A DNA stretch of 64,000 nucleotides from Promethearchaeota archaeon (GTDB lineage: Archaea; Asgardarchaeota; Lokiarchaeia; Sigyniarchaeales; SOKP01), in assembly GCA_019058245.1 (NCBI GenBank), contig JAHPZJ010000023.1, positions 34,028-98,027 on the forward strand. Direction: 5' to 3'. The position numbers and the translations under genes are program-made. Shown piece after piece: positions 20,234-31,244 of the stretch (position 1 is its first letter; every line of letters starts with the position of its first letter). The notes under the pieces are model-generated. The model was not told the DNA's origin and ran no database searches. It worked only from the letters and a program-made list of their open reading frames with translations.

Positions 20234-20374
20234 AATGAGTTCAGATGATAAAAAATATTAAAATCAGCAAAAGCTTTTTTAGATTTATAATAGATTTTCT
20301 TGCTTTTAATAAGATAATAATTATCTTACAAGATAATGAACAATATTAGACTAAAAAAAAACGATGGACGTTAC

Positions 20375-20626
20375 TTAAAATAAATCTGGGTACATCTTTT
20401 CGATATTTTCCATAGTCTCAGAAAACAAATTGTATAAAACAATATTGTCATAAACAAGTATATTCTCATAAAAATAATCTAAAATTTCATTAGCAAGTTT
20501 CTTATCATTCTTAGGATCAATTTTAGGTTTTAAATTGAATAAAATTTCAAATTCTTCTCTCAACCATGTTAATTCATTTTTTAAGCTTTCCTCTAAAACT
20601 TGTAGATAATTTATACTAACTTCCAT
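20375..20626 (-). CDS. Small acidic helical hypothetical protein
   Basis: 83-aa ORF with a GAGGT RBS. Confidence 0.65.
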   Translation of the reverse strand: MEVSINYLQVLEESLKNELTWLREEFEILFNLKPKIDPKNDKKLANEILDYFYENILVYDNIVLYNLFSETMENIEKMYPDLF

Positions 20627-20977
20627 ATCAATACCTCAATCCCTTAATTTATTTTAATAAATCCTTTTTCTTTGTATTAAATGAAATAATATGGTTATTT
20701 ATAATTTTCATAGACCAATCTTTACATAAACTAAGATTTGAAAAAGCTTTTCTTTGGAATCTATTATTATTTTTTTTTTAATTCTTTTGAGTTATAACCA
20801 TACTATCTGAAGTATATTATGGTATCAAAAATAAAGTCTTAATCTATATATATAATGAGCATGGTTATTTCAGCCTTAATTTATGTTGTGTTGAAAATAT
20901 TATAAGTTTTTTAAAAATTGTTTATTATTTCTTGTAATCTCAAAATTTTAAGAAATTTTAAGAAGGTTGGAAATTAA

Positions 20978-21505
20978 ATGTCTGGAAAATGGATAGGAAT
21001 TTTTCCTATTATATGTGTTGTGTTACTGATCGTTTCATTGTTTTTACCAATAATGGGGCTAAGTATTTTTAGTTTTGGATTGATAGATCCTGCTATAACT
21101 GGAGATATCATGCCTTTTGGAGGAGGAATCTTAGATGAGCTTGAGCCATATGTTGCGACAGTTCCAAAAGCTGGTGACATACAAAATGCTTTTTTTTGGG
21201 TTGGGATAATTTTTGCTGTATTCTTCGCGCTTGATGCTTTATTCTTGTTTATTGGAGGAATTAGAGTAATGACTGGAAGCAAAGAACTCGAAAAAGCTAG
21301 AAAAAAGTGGTTAACGGGAGGATTATCAAGGATTATAAGTCAAGTTATCCTAATTGTAGTGCTGCTTTTTTTTGTTCCCGACTTAATATCAGATTATGCC
21401 CCTGGACTAGAAATAACTTTTTCAATAGGACTAGGGATGATAATGATAATCATTGTAGGCGGAATTTTAGTTTTCGCATGGATCTTAGCCAAAATCGCTG
21501 ATTAA
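20978..21505 (+). CDS. Four-TM membrane protein of unknown function
   Basis: Four hydrophobic segments; GAAGGT RBS-like sequence. Confidence 0.75.
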   Translation: MSGKWIGIFPIICVVLLIVSLFLPIMGLSIFSFGLIDPAITGDIMPFGGGILDELEPYVATVPKAGDIQNAFFWVGIIFAVFFALDALFLFIGGIRVMTGSKELEKARKKWLTGGLSRIISQVILIVVLLFFVPDLISDYAPGLEITFSIGLGMIMIIIVGGILVFAWILAKIAD

Positions 21506-21659
21506 ATAAAGATATAATTATAAATCATTTTTTTTAAGTAAAAATAATCAATCTAATTTTACAGCCTCGAATATTATTTATTAACTTATTTTTCTTATCA
21601 ACTTTCTCATTAAAGAGGAATTTTCTTTCTTTAGATAGATATCAAGTATATTTTCTCTT

Positions 21660-23492
21660 TCAGATTTGTTTTATTTCCTTCATTTTTTCTATATATTCTA
21701 AAGATTGGTGGCGGAAATATGTATTGTAAAGCTCAGCATACATTCCACCCTTAGCCATTAACTCTTCGTGATTTCCTTCTTCTATAATTTTCCCATGATC
21801 AAGTACAATTATTCTATTGACATGTCTTACGGTCCAAAGATGATGAGCAATTATAATTGATGTTCGTCCTTCTATTGTTTTTTGCAAGGCATCTTGTATT
21901 TTTGTTTCGGTGAAGGGATCAACTGAAGCAGTAGCTTCGTCTAAGATGAGAATCGCTGGGTTTTCTAATAGAACTCGGGCAAAAACCACTAATTGTCTTT
22001 GACCCATTGAAAGACGGCTACCCCTTTCACCAGTATCAGTTTCTAATCCTCTTGATAAATCCTCGATCCAATCAGAACCACTAGTTGCATTTAATGAATT
22101 AATAACATCTTCTTTTTTTGCATTTGAACAACAATATTTTATATTATTTTCAATTGAATCTGCAAAAAGAAATGGTGATTGAGGAATAATTCCAATTTGT
22201 CTACGATATTCTTTAAGGTCATAATTTCTGATGCTTATCCCATCTATTAAGATATCTCCGCCTTGGAATTCATAAAATCTTGCTAGAAGCTTAGCTAAGC
22301 TAGATTTTCCAGCACCAGTATGCCCAACAATGGCTATAGATTCTCCAGAATTAATTGATAAATTAAAATTATTAAAAACACCCTTATTATTTTCATACTG
22401 GAACAAAAGGTTCCTGATTTCTATATTACCTTTTAATCTTGATGGCTTAATACTATCGTTTTGAATGATCAATGGTAAAGTATCTATTAGTGCAAAAATT
22501 CGTTCGGATGCCGCCATTCCCGCTTGAAAAGTTGGCCAAAATGCAGCAATCGATAATAACGGAAAAAATAAATAATTCACACCTTGAAGAAATAAATTCA
22601 GGTCTCCAGCGCTTATTGTCCCTCCCAAGACATTTTTTCCACCAAAAAGAACTAATAAAGTTATTGTAATTCCTTGTATGATTCCTAAGGATGGGAAAAT
22701 GGCATTTAATATAAATGCCCTTCTTAAATTGACCTTATAAGAAGTATCATTTACTTTATTAAATTTTTCATACAATTTTTCTTCTTGACGAAATGTTTTT
22801 GCTATTTGAATGCCAGAAAAACTCTCTTTAACAAAATCATTAACAGATGCTAGAGCTCTTTGACCTAATAATGTCTTTTTTCTAGCTATTTTTCGAAATG
22901 ATAATGCTAGGATAAAAAAGATTGGAACTGCAATTATTACTGCTAATGTTAATAAAATATTTATAAAGAACATAATGATCAGTAAAAAAAAGACAATCAA
23001 TATTGATGAAATTAATTGAATAGATAAATCTACAGTAGTTCCAAAAGTCTCACTATCTGAATTTACTCGACTAACTATTTTACCTGTTGGATTTCTGTCA
23101 AAAAACGAAAGATCATGATTTAAAACGGCATCCGTGGCATTTTTTCTTAGATCTAAAACAACACCACCTATAACTCTAAAAGCATATCGTTGCTGAAAAT
23201 AATTAAAAACATAACTTAATAAATTAAAAATAAGAATTAGAATAATTACAGCGAATATACTGAAAATATTTCTATTTGTCTCTAAATTATTAATAATTAT
23301 ACTGGTTAAAACTGGAACAAAAGCAGAAGTAATAGATGCAACAGATATAAAAAAAATAACAATTGACATTGAACGTTTATATGGATGAAAATAAGATAAT
23401 ATCCGTTTTAATAAAAACCTATCAGAAAATTCTCTATCATATTCTTCAGCTTCTAAAGCCCACCCATACGCCAATAACTTATGCCTCCTCAC
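21660..23492 (-). CDS. ABC exporter half-transporter (TMD-NBD), heterodimer subunit
   Basis: GHTGAGKS, LSMGQRQ, ILDEAT. Confidence 0.93.
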   Translation of the reverse strand: MRRHKLLAYGWALEAEEYDREFSDRFLLKRILSYFHPYKRSMSIVIFFISVASITSAFVPVLTSIIINNLETNRNIFSIFAVIILILIFNLLSYVFNYFQQRYAFRVIGGVVLDLRKNATDAVLNHDLSFFDRNPTGKIVSRVNSDSETFGTTVDLSIQLISSILIVFFLLIIMFFINILLTLAVIIAVPIFFILALSFRKIARKKTLLGQRALASVNDFVKESFSGIQIAKTFRQEEKLYEKFNKVNDTSYKVNLRRAFILNAIFPSLGIIQGITITLLVLFGGKNVLGGTISAGDLNLFLQGVNYLFFPLLSIAAFWPTFQAGMAASERIFALIDTLPLIIQNDSIKPSRLKGNIEIRNLLFQYENNKGVFNNFNLSINSGESIAIVGHTGAGKSSLAKLLARFYEFQGGDILIDGISIRNYDLKEYRRQIGIIPQSPFLFADSIENNIKYCCSNAKKEDVINSLNATSGSDWIEDLSRGLETDTGERGSRLSMGQRQLVVFARVLLENPAILILDEATASVDPFTETKIQDALQKTIEGRTSIIIAHHLWTVRHVNRIIVLDHGKIIEEGNHEELMAKGGMYAELYNTYFRHQSLEYIEKMKEIKQI

Positions 23493-25317
23493 ATCTTTTA
23501 ATTAATGTATCAATTTCAACATCAAATTTTTTGATAAAAATTCGTTGATAATCTTCTGAAGTTTTTAATAATTCTTCATGAGTTCCTTTTGCTACAATCT
23601 CTCCTTTATTCAATACAATTATTAAATCAGCCCATCGAATTTGACTTAAACGATGTGTGATAAGAATTGTTGTCCGATTTTTGAGGATATTTCGAATAGC
23701 TCTCTGAATTTTATCCTCTGTATTAGAGTCAATTGCTGAAGTAGAATCATCCAATATTAAAATCTTGGGGTTTACAAGAAAAGCACGAGCAATAGCGATT
23801 CTTTGTCTTTCACCACCACTTAATTGAACACCTCTCTCTCCAACTTCTGAATAATATTGATTTGGTAAATTAGAGATAAATCCATGTGCTTGAGCTTCTT
23901 TTGCCACTTCAACTACTTGTTCTATTGAACCTGTATATCCAAATGATATATTTTCAAAGATAGTTGTAGAAAACAAAAATACATCTTGATCTACATATGA
24001 AATTTGATTTCTCAACGAATTTAAAGCATAATTACGAATATCAACATTATCAATCAAAATTCTGCCTTCATCGACATCATATAATCGTGAAATTAATTTT
24101 GTTAAAGTTGTTTTACCTGATCCAGTAGTTCCTACTAATGCTAATGTTTGACCAGGTTTAACTTCAAAACTAATATTTTTTAATACTTTTTTTTCACTCC
24201 CAGGATAGCTAAAAATTACATTTTCGAATTTAATATCACCTTTAATTTCATTTTTATAACCTCCAACATTTTCATCAATTTCTGTTTTCTTATTCATGAA
24301 TTCAAGTAATCTTTGAGCACTGGACACCGCTAGTCTAATTATTGCAAAAACAAAAATAGATATAAATGTAGGAAATCGTAATAATGCTAATAATCCTAAA
24401 TATGCTATTACTTGACCGATATTCATTAACCCTATTAAATTAAGGATTATAGCATGTATGAGCCCTCCAGTTATAGTTAAAGCTAAAATTAGCAGTGGGA
24501 GATATTTTGCTTCAACATCACCTTGTTCAACATATGCATCTCGATAATTATTAGCATTTTCATAATATTTTTTACTTTCTCCGCTTTCTTGGGCACTTGC
24601 TTTAACAACTTCAATTCCAGTTAAAGCTTCATTCAATGTTGAGTTCATCATTCCATAGAAACTACGCAATTTCCCAGTGATAGGGCCAATTTTTCTAGTA
24701 TATGATTTTAGAGCAAAGAAAAACAATAATGAGAAAATTAATGGAGCTAAAATTAATTGCGAAGGATAAAAAGCGAGAATATAGAAAAGAGGGACTATTA
24801 ATGAAGTAAAGGACTCAAAAATAAGGGAAATTGCTGGACTAATTAAGAAATTCATTGTTCGAACATCATCGGTTGCACGAGCCATTAATTCTCCAATTTT
24901 CTGTTGATCATGAAATGATTGACTTTTGCCCAGTAGATTAGAAAAGAATTCTTTTCTACAATCTCTCTCCAATCTCTGTGCTATTACTTCACGTAACATA
25001 TAATTAATTAAACGTAATATAGGAGTTCCTACACTTAATAATAATATAAAAGTAGTATAAAAAAGCAAACTTGATTGTTTACCAATTAGAAAATCTGTAA
25101 TAGCGTTCCCAATAACTACTAGGATAGCTGATGATAGATTAGCTGCTAAAATTGTTGTAAATAATACAATAATAAATAAAAGTTTATTAGAGCGATAAAA
25201 AATATGAGATAAAATCCATCTTCTCGACCCTATCTGTCGTGCTTTTTCAAAAGGATCGTTTCCTGGAGAAAATTCAACGTAATTTGTATTAATATTTTTA
25301 TTTGTAATGCTCCGCAT
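23479..25317 (-). CDS. ABC exporter half-transporter (TMD-NBD) with degenerate Walker B
   Basis: GTTGSGKT, LSGGERQR, ILDDSTS. Confidence 0.93.
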   Translation of the reverse strand: MRSITNKNINTNYVEFSPGNDPFEKARQIGSRRWILSHIFYRSNKLLFIIVLFTTILAANLSSAILVVIGNAITDFLIGKQSSLLFYTTFILLLSVGTPILRLINYMLREVIAQRLERDCRKEFFSNLLGKSQSFHDQQKIGELMARATDDVRTMNFLISPAISLIFESFTSLIVPLFYILAFYPSQLILAPLIFSLLFFFALKSYTRKIGPITGKLRSFYGMMNSTLNEALTGIEVVKASAQESGESKKYYENANNYRDAYVEQGDVEAKYLPLLILALTITGGLIHAIILNLIGLMNIGQVIAYLGLLALLRFPTFISIFVFAIIRLAVSSAQRLLEFMNKKTEIDENVGGYKNEIKGDIKFENVIFSYPGSEKKVLKNISFEVKPGQTLALVGTTGSGKTTLTKLISRLYDVDEGRILIDNVDIRNYALNSLRNQISYVDQDVFLFSTTIFENISFGYTGSIEQVVEVAKEAQAHGFISNLPNQYYSEVGERGVQLSGGERQRIAIARAFLVNPKILILDDSTSAIDSNTEDKIQRAIRNILKNRTTILITHRLSQIRWADLIIVLNKGEIVAKGTHEELLKTSEDYQRIFIKKFDVEIDTLIKRCEEA

Positions 25318-25457
25318 TTTCTGAATCTTCTTTGGTAAACATTTTAATTCACTTTATATTATTTACGAAATATTTAATTCTTAATAGGTTTTTTACATTT
25401 AAATTATAAATTTTTATAATTCTATATTATTAGAGTTAACTTTGGAGTAGGAAAACT

Positions 25458-25952
25458 TTGGAATTCTTGATTAGAAAAGCCTCTGTTGAAGATGCTGAGA
25501 AAATAGCCTCTATATGGTCAATTATTTGCTCGGAAAGAACGTATTCTGCTGTAAATAAACCTTTTACCCCTGAACAAGAGAAAGAATATATATCTAATCT
25601 TTCTGATCGTGAAGGTATCTTTGTGGCTGAATATAAAAGCCAAATTATAGGATTTCAGTCATTAGATATATGGATGGATTATATAGATTCATTTGACCAT
25701 GTTGGGACTATCGGGACTTTTATCCATCCTAATTGGCGTAAAAAACAAATAGGAAAAAAATTAGCTACCTTTATGTTTAATTTTGCCCGAAATAACAGCT
25801 ATGAAAAACTTGTTATATATGTTCGAGCTAGAAATAAAATTGCAATAGATTTCTATAAAGATCTAGGTTTTGTCGAAAAAGGTGTCCTTACAAAACAAGT
25901 AAAAATTGATAATGTTTATGAAGATGAAATATTTATGGAAAAGTTTCTTTAG
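25458..25952 (+). CDS. GNAT family N-acetyltransferase
   Basis: IHPNWRKKQIGKKL and N..AIDFYKDLGF. TTG start. Confidence 0.9.
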   Translation: MEFLIRKASVEDAEKIASIWSIICSERTYSAVNKPFTPEQEKEYISNLSDREGIFVAEYKSQIIGFQSLDIWMDYIDSFDHVGTIGTFIHPNWRKKQIGKKLATFMFNFARNNSYEKLVIYVRARNKIAIDFYKDLGFVEKGVLTKQVKIDNVYEDEIFMEKFL

Positions 25953-26071
25953 TTTTGCTGATACTTTTTGTACACAAAAAATATTGCTAATGTTAACCAG
26001 TTAATAATTCCGACAAATTTCTATGATTTATTAAGGATTAATTTAAATATAAAAACAATTATAAACTAGTT

Positions 26072-26212
26072 GTGTCCGATAAAGTAATTGCATATGATAT
26101 AAGGTTGGAAGAAGAACTAGAGAAAGCAAAGCTTAAAATCTGGTTATTAGAAGAGTTGCAACTAATTCCAAGAGAATATCATAAATTGATCCTAGAGAAT
26201 TTATCTAAATAA
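26072..26212 (+). CDS. Putative 46-aa helical microprotein (not in the ORF track)
   Basis: GTG...TAA reading MSDKVIAYDIRLEEELEKAKLKIWLLEELQLIPREYHKLILENLSK, with TTTAAATA about 25 nt upstream. Confidence 0.45.
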   Translation: MSDKVIAYDIRLEEELEKAKLKIWLLEELQLIPREYHKLILENLSK

Positions 26213-26251
26213 TTACAACGTTCACATACTTTCTAAATTTCTATAATATTC

Positions 26252-26536
26252 TTAATCTTCATAATTCCTCTTTGTACTAATTAAAGTCGTCGTTGTTTCT
26301 ATACATTGAGATAATTCTATGTCAGTTCTGCAAAATGTGACAATTTCATCTAAATCCTCTAGATTGCTAAATTTACATTCAATTAATAGATCCCAACCAC
26401 CATATAATGGCGTTACATAAGTGATCTGCCATTTTTCACTTTTTTTCTCAAAATTCAAATTTCTTAATTTTTCTGATACTTTCCACTGTGTTCCAATGAT
26501 TTTCAGTCGAATTAAAATGTAGCCACGATAATAGAT
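26252..26536 (-). CDS. Stand-alone Lrp/AsnC ligand-binding (RAM) domain protein, probable ATC start
   Basis: The frame extends to IYYRGYILIRL...LYGGWDLLIE...TTTTLI. An in-frame TAG sits just before the ATC, with AGGTG 8 nt upstream. Confidence 0.75.
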   Translation of the reverse strand: MYYRGYILIRLKIIGTQWKVSEKLRNLNFEKKSEKWQITYVTPLYGGWDLLIECKFSNLEDLDEIVTFCRTDIELSQCIETTTTLISTKRNYED

Positions 26537-26695
26537 CTATTTAACACCTAAATTATATCTTTAGATATAGCATAAATAATAAGTTGAATTATATATACAA
26601 TATTTTTCAAGATTTCTATTAATCTCAAAATTAAAGATTTATTACCTCACTTACTTGTTAAAATTATAAAAAGTGCATAATTACAGAAAACTCTT

Positions 26696-29600
26696 CTACC
26701 AGTAAATCTCTTTTAATGTTTTATGGTATTCATTAAGCGATTTAATTTCAAGTTCTTTTCTGCGAAATTTCTCTATAGCATCTACTAATGCTTCGGCAAG
26801 TTGTAAGTTAATAAATACAGGGATATTATAATCAACAGCCATTCTTCTAATTTTGTATTCATCTTCCATTATAGTCCTGAATTTTTCTTGAACAGTTGTA
26901 GGAAGGGGAATATTAATTACGAGATCAATAGCTCCGTTTTGCAGACATTCCATGATGTTTGGTTCCATACCATATTCATGTATCTTATAAAGTTTGACAG
27001 CATAGATGCCATTATTTTTTAACGCAATAGAAGTGTCTTCTGTTGCAAAAATTGTAAAACCTAAATCCTTTAATTTATGTGCTAATGGAATTACTTTCTT
27101 TTTGAGCTCTTCTCCGCCTACAGATATTAAGACATTACCTCCATTAATTGGGATATTCATCTCTGCAGCTTCCATTGATTTAATTAACGCATCAGAAAAA
27201 TCATCCCCAATGCATGCAATTTCACCTGTTGATGCCATCTCAACAGAAAGTATTGGATCGGCTTTATCTAATCTCATAAAGGAGAACATAGGAGATTTGA
27301 TTGCGACATAGTTTCCATATGGCATATTCATTAATCTATCTGGAATCTGCTTGCCCATAAACACTTCAGCAGCTAGACGCATTAGGTTGATACCACGAGT
27401 TTTTGAAACATAAGGCATACTACGACTTGATCGAAGGTTACACTCAATTACATAGACTGCTTCATTCTTTACAAGGTATTGGACATTGAAAGGACCCTTA
27501 ATTTTTAATGCTAATGCAATTTCTTTAGTGTTTTTCTCAATTGTTTTAATAACTTTATCAGAAATCGTCTGTGGAGGGATTGTCATTGTTGCATCGCCAC
27601 TATGCACCCCTGCATTCTCTATGTGCTCAACTATTGCACCTATAAAGACATTAGTTCCATCAGATACTCCATCAGCTTCCACTTCCCTTGCTCCGGTAAA
27701 GAATTTAGTGATTACGACAGGATATTCTTGAGAGACTGCTGCTGCGAGGTCAAGAGTATCTCTTAGAGTCTTTTCATCATATGAAACTCTCATTGCAGCA
27801 CCACTTAAAACATATGAAGGTCGTACTAATACGGGATATCCTACTTTTTTAGCGAATTTAAGAGCTTCCTCTTTATTCATCAACATGCTCCATTGAGGCT
27901 GACTAATCTTTAATTGATCTAATAGGTTACTGAATTTTGAACGGTCTTCTGCCATGTCAATTCTGCTACCATGTGTCCCTAATATGTTTAGATTTACCTT
28001 TCTGAAAAATTCAGAATATTTTGAAAACTTTGCAGCAAGATTTTGTGCAATTTGACCACCTACAGATACTATTACTCCATCGGGTTTTTCAAGTTCAACA
28101 ATATCTAATACTCTCTCTCCAGATAATTCTTCAAAATAAAGTTTATCGGAAGTGTCATAATCAGTAGAGACCGTTTCTGGATTGTAATTTACCATAATTG
28201 CTTGATCAATCCCTAACTTTTTTAAACCCCAAAGGCAATTCACTGAACCCCAATCAAATTCTACAGAAGCTCCAATACGATAAGTTCCAGAACCAAGAAC
28301 AATTAACTTTCTTAAATTTTGTTTACTTTCATGTTCAAAGTCAATATCATGTTCAGACGCTGCATAGGTCAAATAAAGATAATTAGTAATTGCAGGCCAT
28401 TCTGCAGCTAACGTATCTATTCTTTTTACATATGGTTGAATTTGATATTTTCTCTTTAAAATCTGTCTTATTGTAATTACATCTAATCCCATAATTTTAG
28501 CTATTTGCCCATCTGAGAATCCAAAACGCTTTGCTCGTTCAAACCAATAGATTTTATCATCATCACTGGTCTCTAAAAATTCGATATTTTCTAATTCTTT
28601 TTCAATACCAATAATATTTTTTATTTTATAGAGAAACCATTTATCTATTCGAGACAGTTGGTATATTTCATGAATAGAAATTCCTTTCTTTATTGCTTCT
28701 ACTATTCTAAATATCCTTAAATCTGTAGGATTATGCAATGCATATTTTAATTCATTAATATCTTCAATTAAATTTATCTCATTCCCCACTATTCCTTTCA
28801 TACCAATATCTAACATGCGGATACCTTTTTGAAGAACCTCCTCAAAAGTACGACCAATTGCCATTATTTCTCCAACACTTTTCATTTGTGAACCGATTTT
28901 TCGATCTACTCTTTGGAATTTTGTTAAGTCCCATCTAGGTATTTTTAAGACTAGATAATCCAAAGCAGGTTCAAAGCATGCTGTAGTAATCCCAGTAATT
29001 TTATTCTTTAGCTCTGGTAACGTGTATCCAATTGCTAGTTTTGCTGCAATATATGCCAATGGATATCCCGTAGCTTTTGAAGCCAACGCAGAAGAACGGG
29101 ATAAACGAGCATTTACTTCTATTGCTCTAAATTCTTTTGAAAATGGATCTAATCCATATTGGATATTGCATTCACCAATAATTCCAAGATTTCTTATAAC
29201 ACGGATAGAAGCCGAACGTAACATTTGGTATTCTTCATTTGTTAAGGTTTGGCTAGGAGCAACAACAATAGATTCGCCTGTGTGAATTCCTACAGGGTCA
29301 AAATTTTCCATATTACAATTAATAAAACAATTATCTTCAGTATCTCTTACTACTTCATATTCTATTTCCTTCCAACCCCATATACTTTCTTCTATTAATA
29401 TTTGGTTTATTCTTGATTGAGCAAGTCCTTTCCTAGCCATCTTTTCAAATTCCTTCATATTACTACATATCCCTGATCCTCTGCCACCCAATGTATAAGC
29501 CACTCGAATCATACATGGAAATCCAATCTCTTCTGCTGCTTTTATCGCATCACTATAAGAAGATACAGCTTTACTTTTACACACTTTAACTCCCGATTTA

Positions 29601-30010
29601 TCCATAGCTTGTATAAAAAGATCTCTATCTTCTGTTGCTTCAATGGCTTCTATTGGAGTACCTAAAACCTGCACATTATACTTCTTAAGAATTCCCAATT
29701 CGTTCAATTCAACACCAACATTTAAGGCAGTTTGTCCCCCAAAAGCTAATAAAATTCCATTAGGTTTCTCTTTTTTGATTACCTCCTCTACATAATTTAC
29801 ATTAATAGGTAATAAATAAACCCTATCCGATAATTCAGGATCAGTTTGAATAGTTGCGATATTAGGATTGATTAGGATAGTTTCTATACCTTCTTCCTTA
29901 AGAGCTTTAAGTACTTGAGAACCACTATAATCAAATTCACCTGCTTGACCGATCCTAATACCTCCACTTCCTAAAACAAGAGCTTTTTTGATATTCATAT
30001 TTAATGGCAT
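26696..30010 (-). CDS. carB: Carbamoyl-phosphate synthase large subunit
   Basis: GQAGEFDYSG, duplicated ATP-grasp domains and an MGS domain. Confidence 0.97.
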   Translation of the reverse strand: MPLNMNIKKALVLGSGGIRIGQAGEFDYSGSQVLKALKEEGIETILINPNIATIQTDPELSDRVYLLPINVNYVEEVIKKEKPNGILLAFGGQTALNVGVELNELGILKKYNVQVLGTPIEAIEATEDRDLFIQAMDKSGVKVCKSKAVSSYSDAIKAAEEIGFPCMIRVAYTLGGRGSGICSNMKEFEKMARKGLAQSRINQILIEESIWGWKEIEYEVVRDTEDNCFINCNMENFDPVGIHTGESIVVAPSQTLTNEEYQMLRSASIRVIRNLGIIGECNIQYGLDPFSKEFRAIEVNARLSRSSALASKATGYPLAYIAAKLAIGYTLPELKNKITGITTACFEPALDYLVLKIPRWDLTKFQRVDRKIGSQMKSVGEIMAIGRTFEEVLQKGIRMLDIGMKGIVGNEINLIEDINELKYALHNPTDLRIFRIVEAIKKGISIHEIYQLSRIDKWFLYKIKNIIGIEKELENIEFLETSDDDKIYWFERAKRFGFSDGQIAKIMGLDVITIRQILKRKYQIQPYVKRIDTLAAEWPAITNYLYLTYAASEHDIDFEHESKQNLRKLIVLGSGTYRIGASVEFDWGSVNCLWGLKKLGIDQAIMVNYNPETVSTDYDTSDKLYFEELSGERVLDIVELEKPDGVIVSVGGQIAQNLAAKFSKYSEFFRKVNLNILGTHGSRIDMAEDRSKFSNLLDQLKISQPQWSMLMNKEEALKFAKKVGYPVLVRPSYVLSGAAMRVSYDEKTLRDTLDLAAAVSQEYPVVITKFFTGAREVEADGVSDGTNVFIGAIVEHIENAGVHSGDATMTIPPQTISDKVIKTIEKNTKEIALALKIKGPFNVQYLVKNEAVYVIECNLRSSRSMPYVSKTRGINLMRLAAEVFMGKQIPDRLMNMPYGNYVAIKSPMFSFMRLDKADPILSVEMASTGEIACIGDDFSDALIKSMEAAEMNIPINGGNVLISVGGEELKKKVIPLAHKLKDLGFTIFATEDTSIALKNNGIYAVKLYKIHEYGMEPNIMECLQNGAIDLVINIPLPTTVQEKFRTIMEDEYKIRRMAVDYNIPVFINLQLAEALVDAIEKFRRKELEIKSLNEYHKTLKEIYW

Positions 30011-31149
30011 TAGGAGGTTAACCTCATGTTATCTATGAATTTATCAAATAAATAAAATGAATCTAAAGGACCGGGACATGCTTCTGGATGGAATTGAACT
30101 GCAAAAATGGGTTTTGTTTTATGTTCAATCCCCTCATTAGTCTTATCATCTATATTTCTAAGGATTTCACTAAATTCACCTTTTTCAAAGTCTTTTACGC
30201 AAAAGCCATGGTTCTGAGAAGTAATATAACATTTATTTGATTGAGGATTGATGACTGTTTTATTACCTCCCCTATGTCCATATTTGAGTTTATAAGAAGT
30301 TCCTCCAGCACCTAATGCCAGGACTTGATTTCCTAAGCATATGCCCATAGTAGGAATACTTTTTTCGATAAGTTTACTGGAAACTTCGATTGCTTCTTTA
30401 CATAATACTGGATCACCAGGACCATTTGAGATAAAAACTCCATCTGGATTGTAAGATATAATTTGCTCATATGTATAATTATGTGGTACTACTATTACTT
30501 CTAATCCTCTAGATACAAGATTTCGTAAAATATTCCGTTTATATCCTAAATCTAACAAAACTACTTTACCAATAGTACTAGGTGCCTTATAAATACGAAC
30601 CTCCTTAGTAGATACCTCACTTACAAGATTGCGGAGATTTGGATCAACGGCTTTTACCGTAATTTGCTTTAAATAATCAAGATCAGGATCCTCTCCTGAA
30701 TTATATACTGCTAAAGCTCCTATTTGAACACCTTCCTCTCGTAATAATGTAGTAACTGCTCGTGTATCAATCCATTCAATTCCAGGAATATCCTGTTCAG
30801 TCAAAAATTCATTAAGAGTCTTAACACTTTGATAATGACTGGGATATTTACAACATTCATTCACAACAAAACCAGAAACTTTAACAGAATCTGATTCAAA
30901 GTATTTAGTTATACCATACTCATCTTTCTCCCATCGAGGTACTCCATAATTTCCTACAAGGGGATGAGTCATTACAACTATTTGCCCCCAATAAGATGGA
31001 TCAGTTAGAGTTTCAAGGTACCCCGCACCAGTCATAGTATTAAATACAAATTCTCCTGTTACTATTTTTGTCGCCCCAAAACCAATTCCTTGAAAATATC
31101 GACCATCTTGAAGCATTAAAATTGCGGGTCTTTCTTTCTTGTAATGCAT
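30010..31149 (-). CDS. carA: Carbamoyl-phosphate synthase small subunit
   Basis: SNGPGDP, GICLG, QFHPE. Confidence 0.97.
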   Translation of the reverse strand: MHYKKERPAILMLQDGRYFQGIGFGATKIVTGEFVFNTMTGAGYLETLTDPSYWGQIVVMTHPLVGNYGVPRWEKDEYGITKYFESDSVKVSGFVVNECCKYPSHYQSVKTLNEFLTEQDIPGIEWIDTRAVTTLLREEGVQIGALAVYNSGEDPDLDYLKQITVKAVDPNLRNLVSEVSTKEVRIYKAPSTIGKVVLLDLGYKRNILRNLVSRGLEVIVVPHNYTYEQIISYNPDGVFISNGPGDPVLCKEAIEVSSKLIEKSIPTMGICLGNQVLALGAGGTSYKLKYGHRGGNKTVINPQSNKCYITSQNHGFCVKDFEKGEFSEILRNIDDKTNEGIEHKTKPIFAVQFHPEACPGPLDSFYLFDKFIDNMRLTS

Positions 31150-31244
31150 TTACTCTTTTATAACATTCTACTTTTAAATCCTTAAAATAAGAAAAACATT
31201 ACTGTTATTAAGGTTATTTATTAACTAGTTAAATAGGATTAACT

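Noticed and set aside
21660-25317. Degenerate ABC motifs (LDD, LSMGQ)
   Set aside because: This is the normal asymmetry of heterodimeric type IV exporters.
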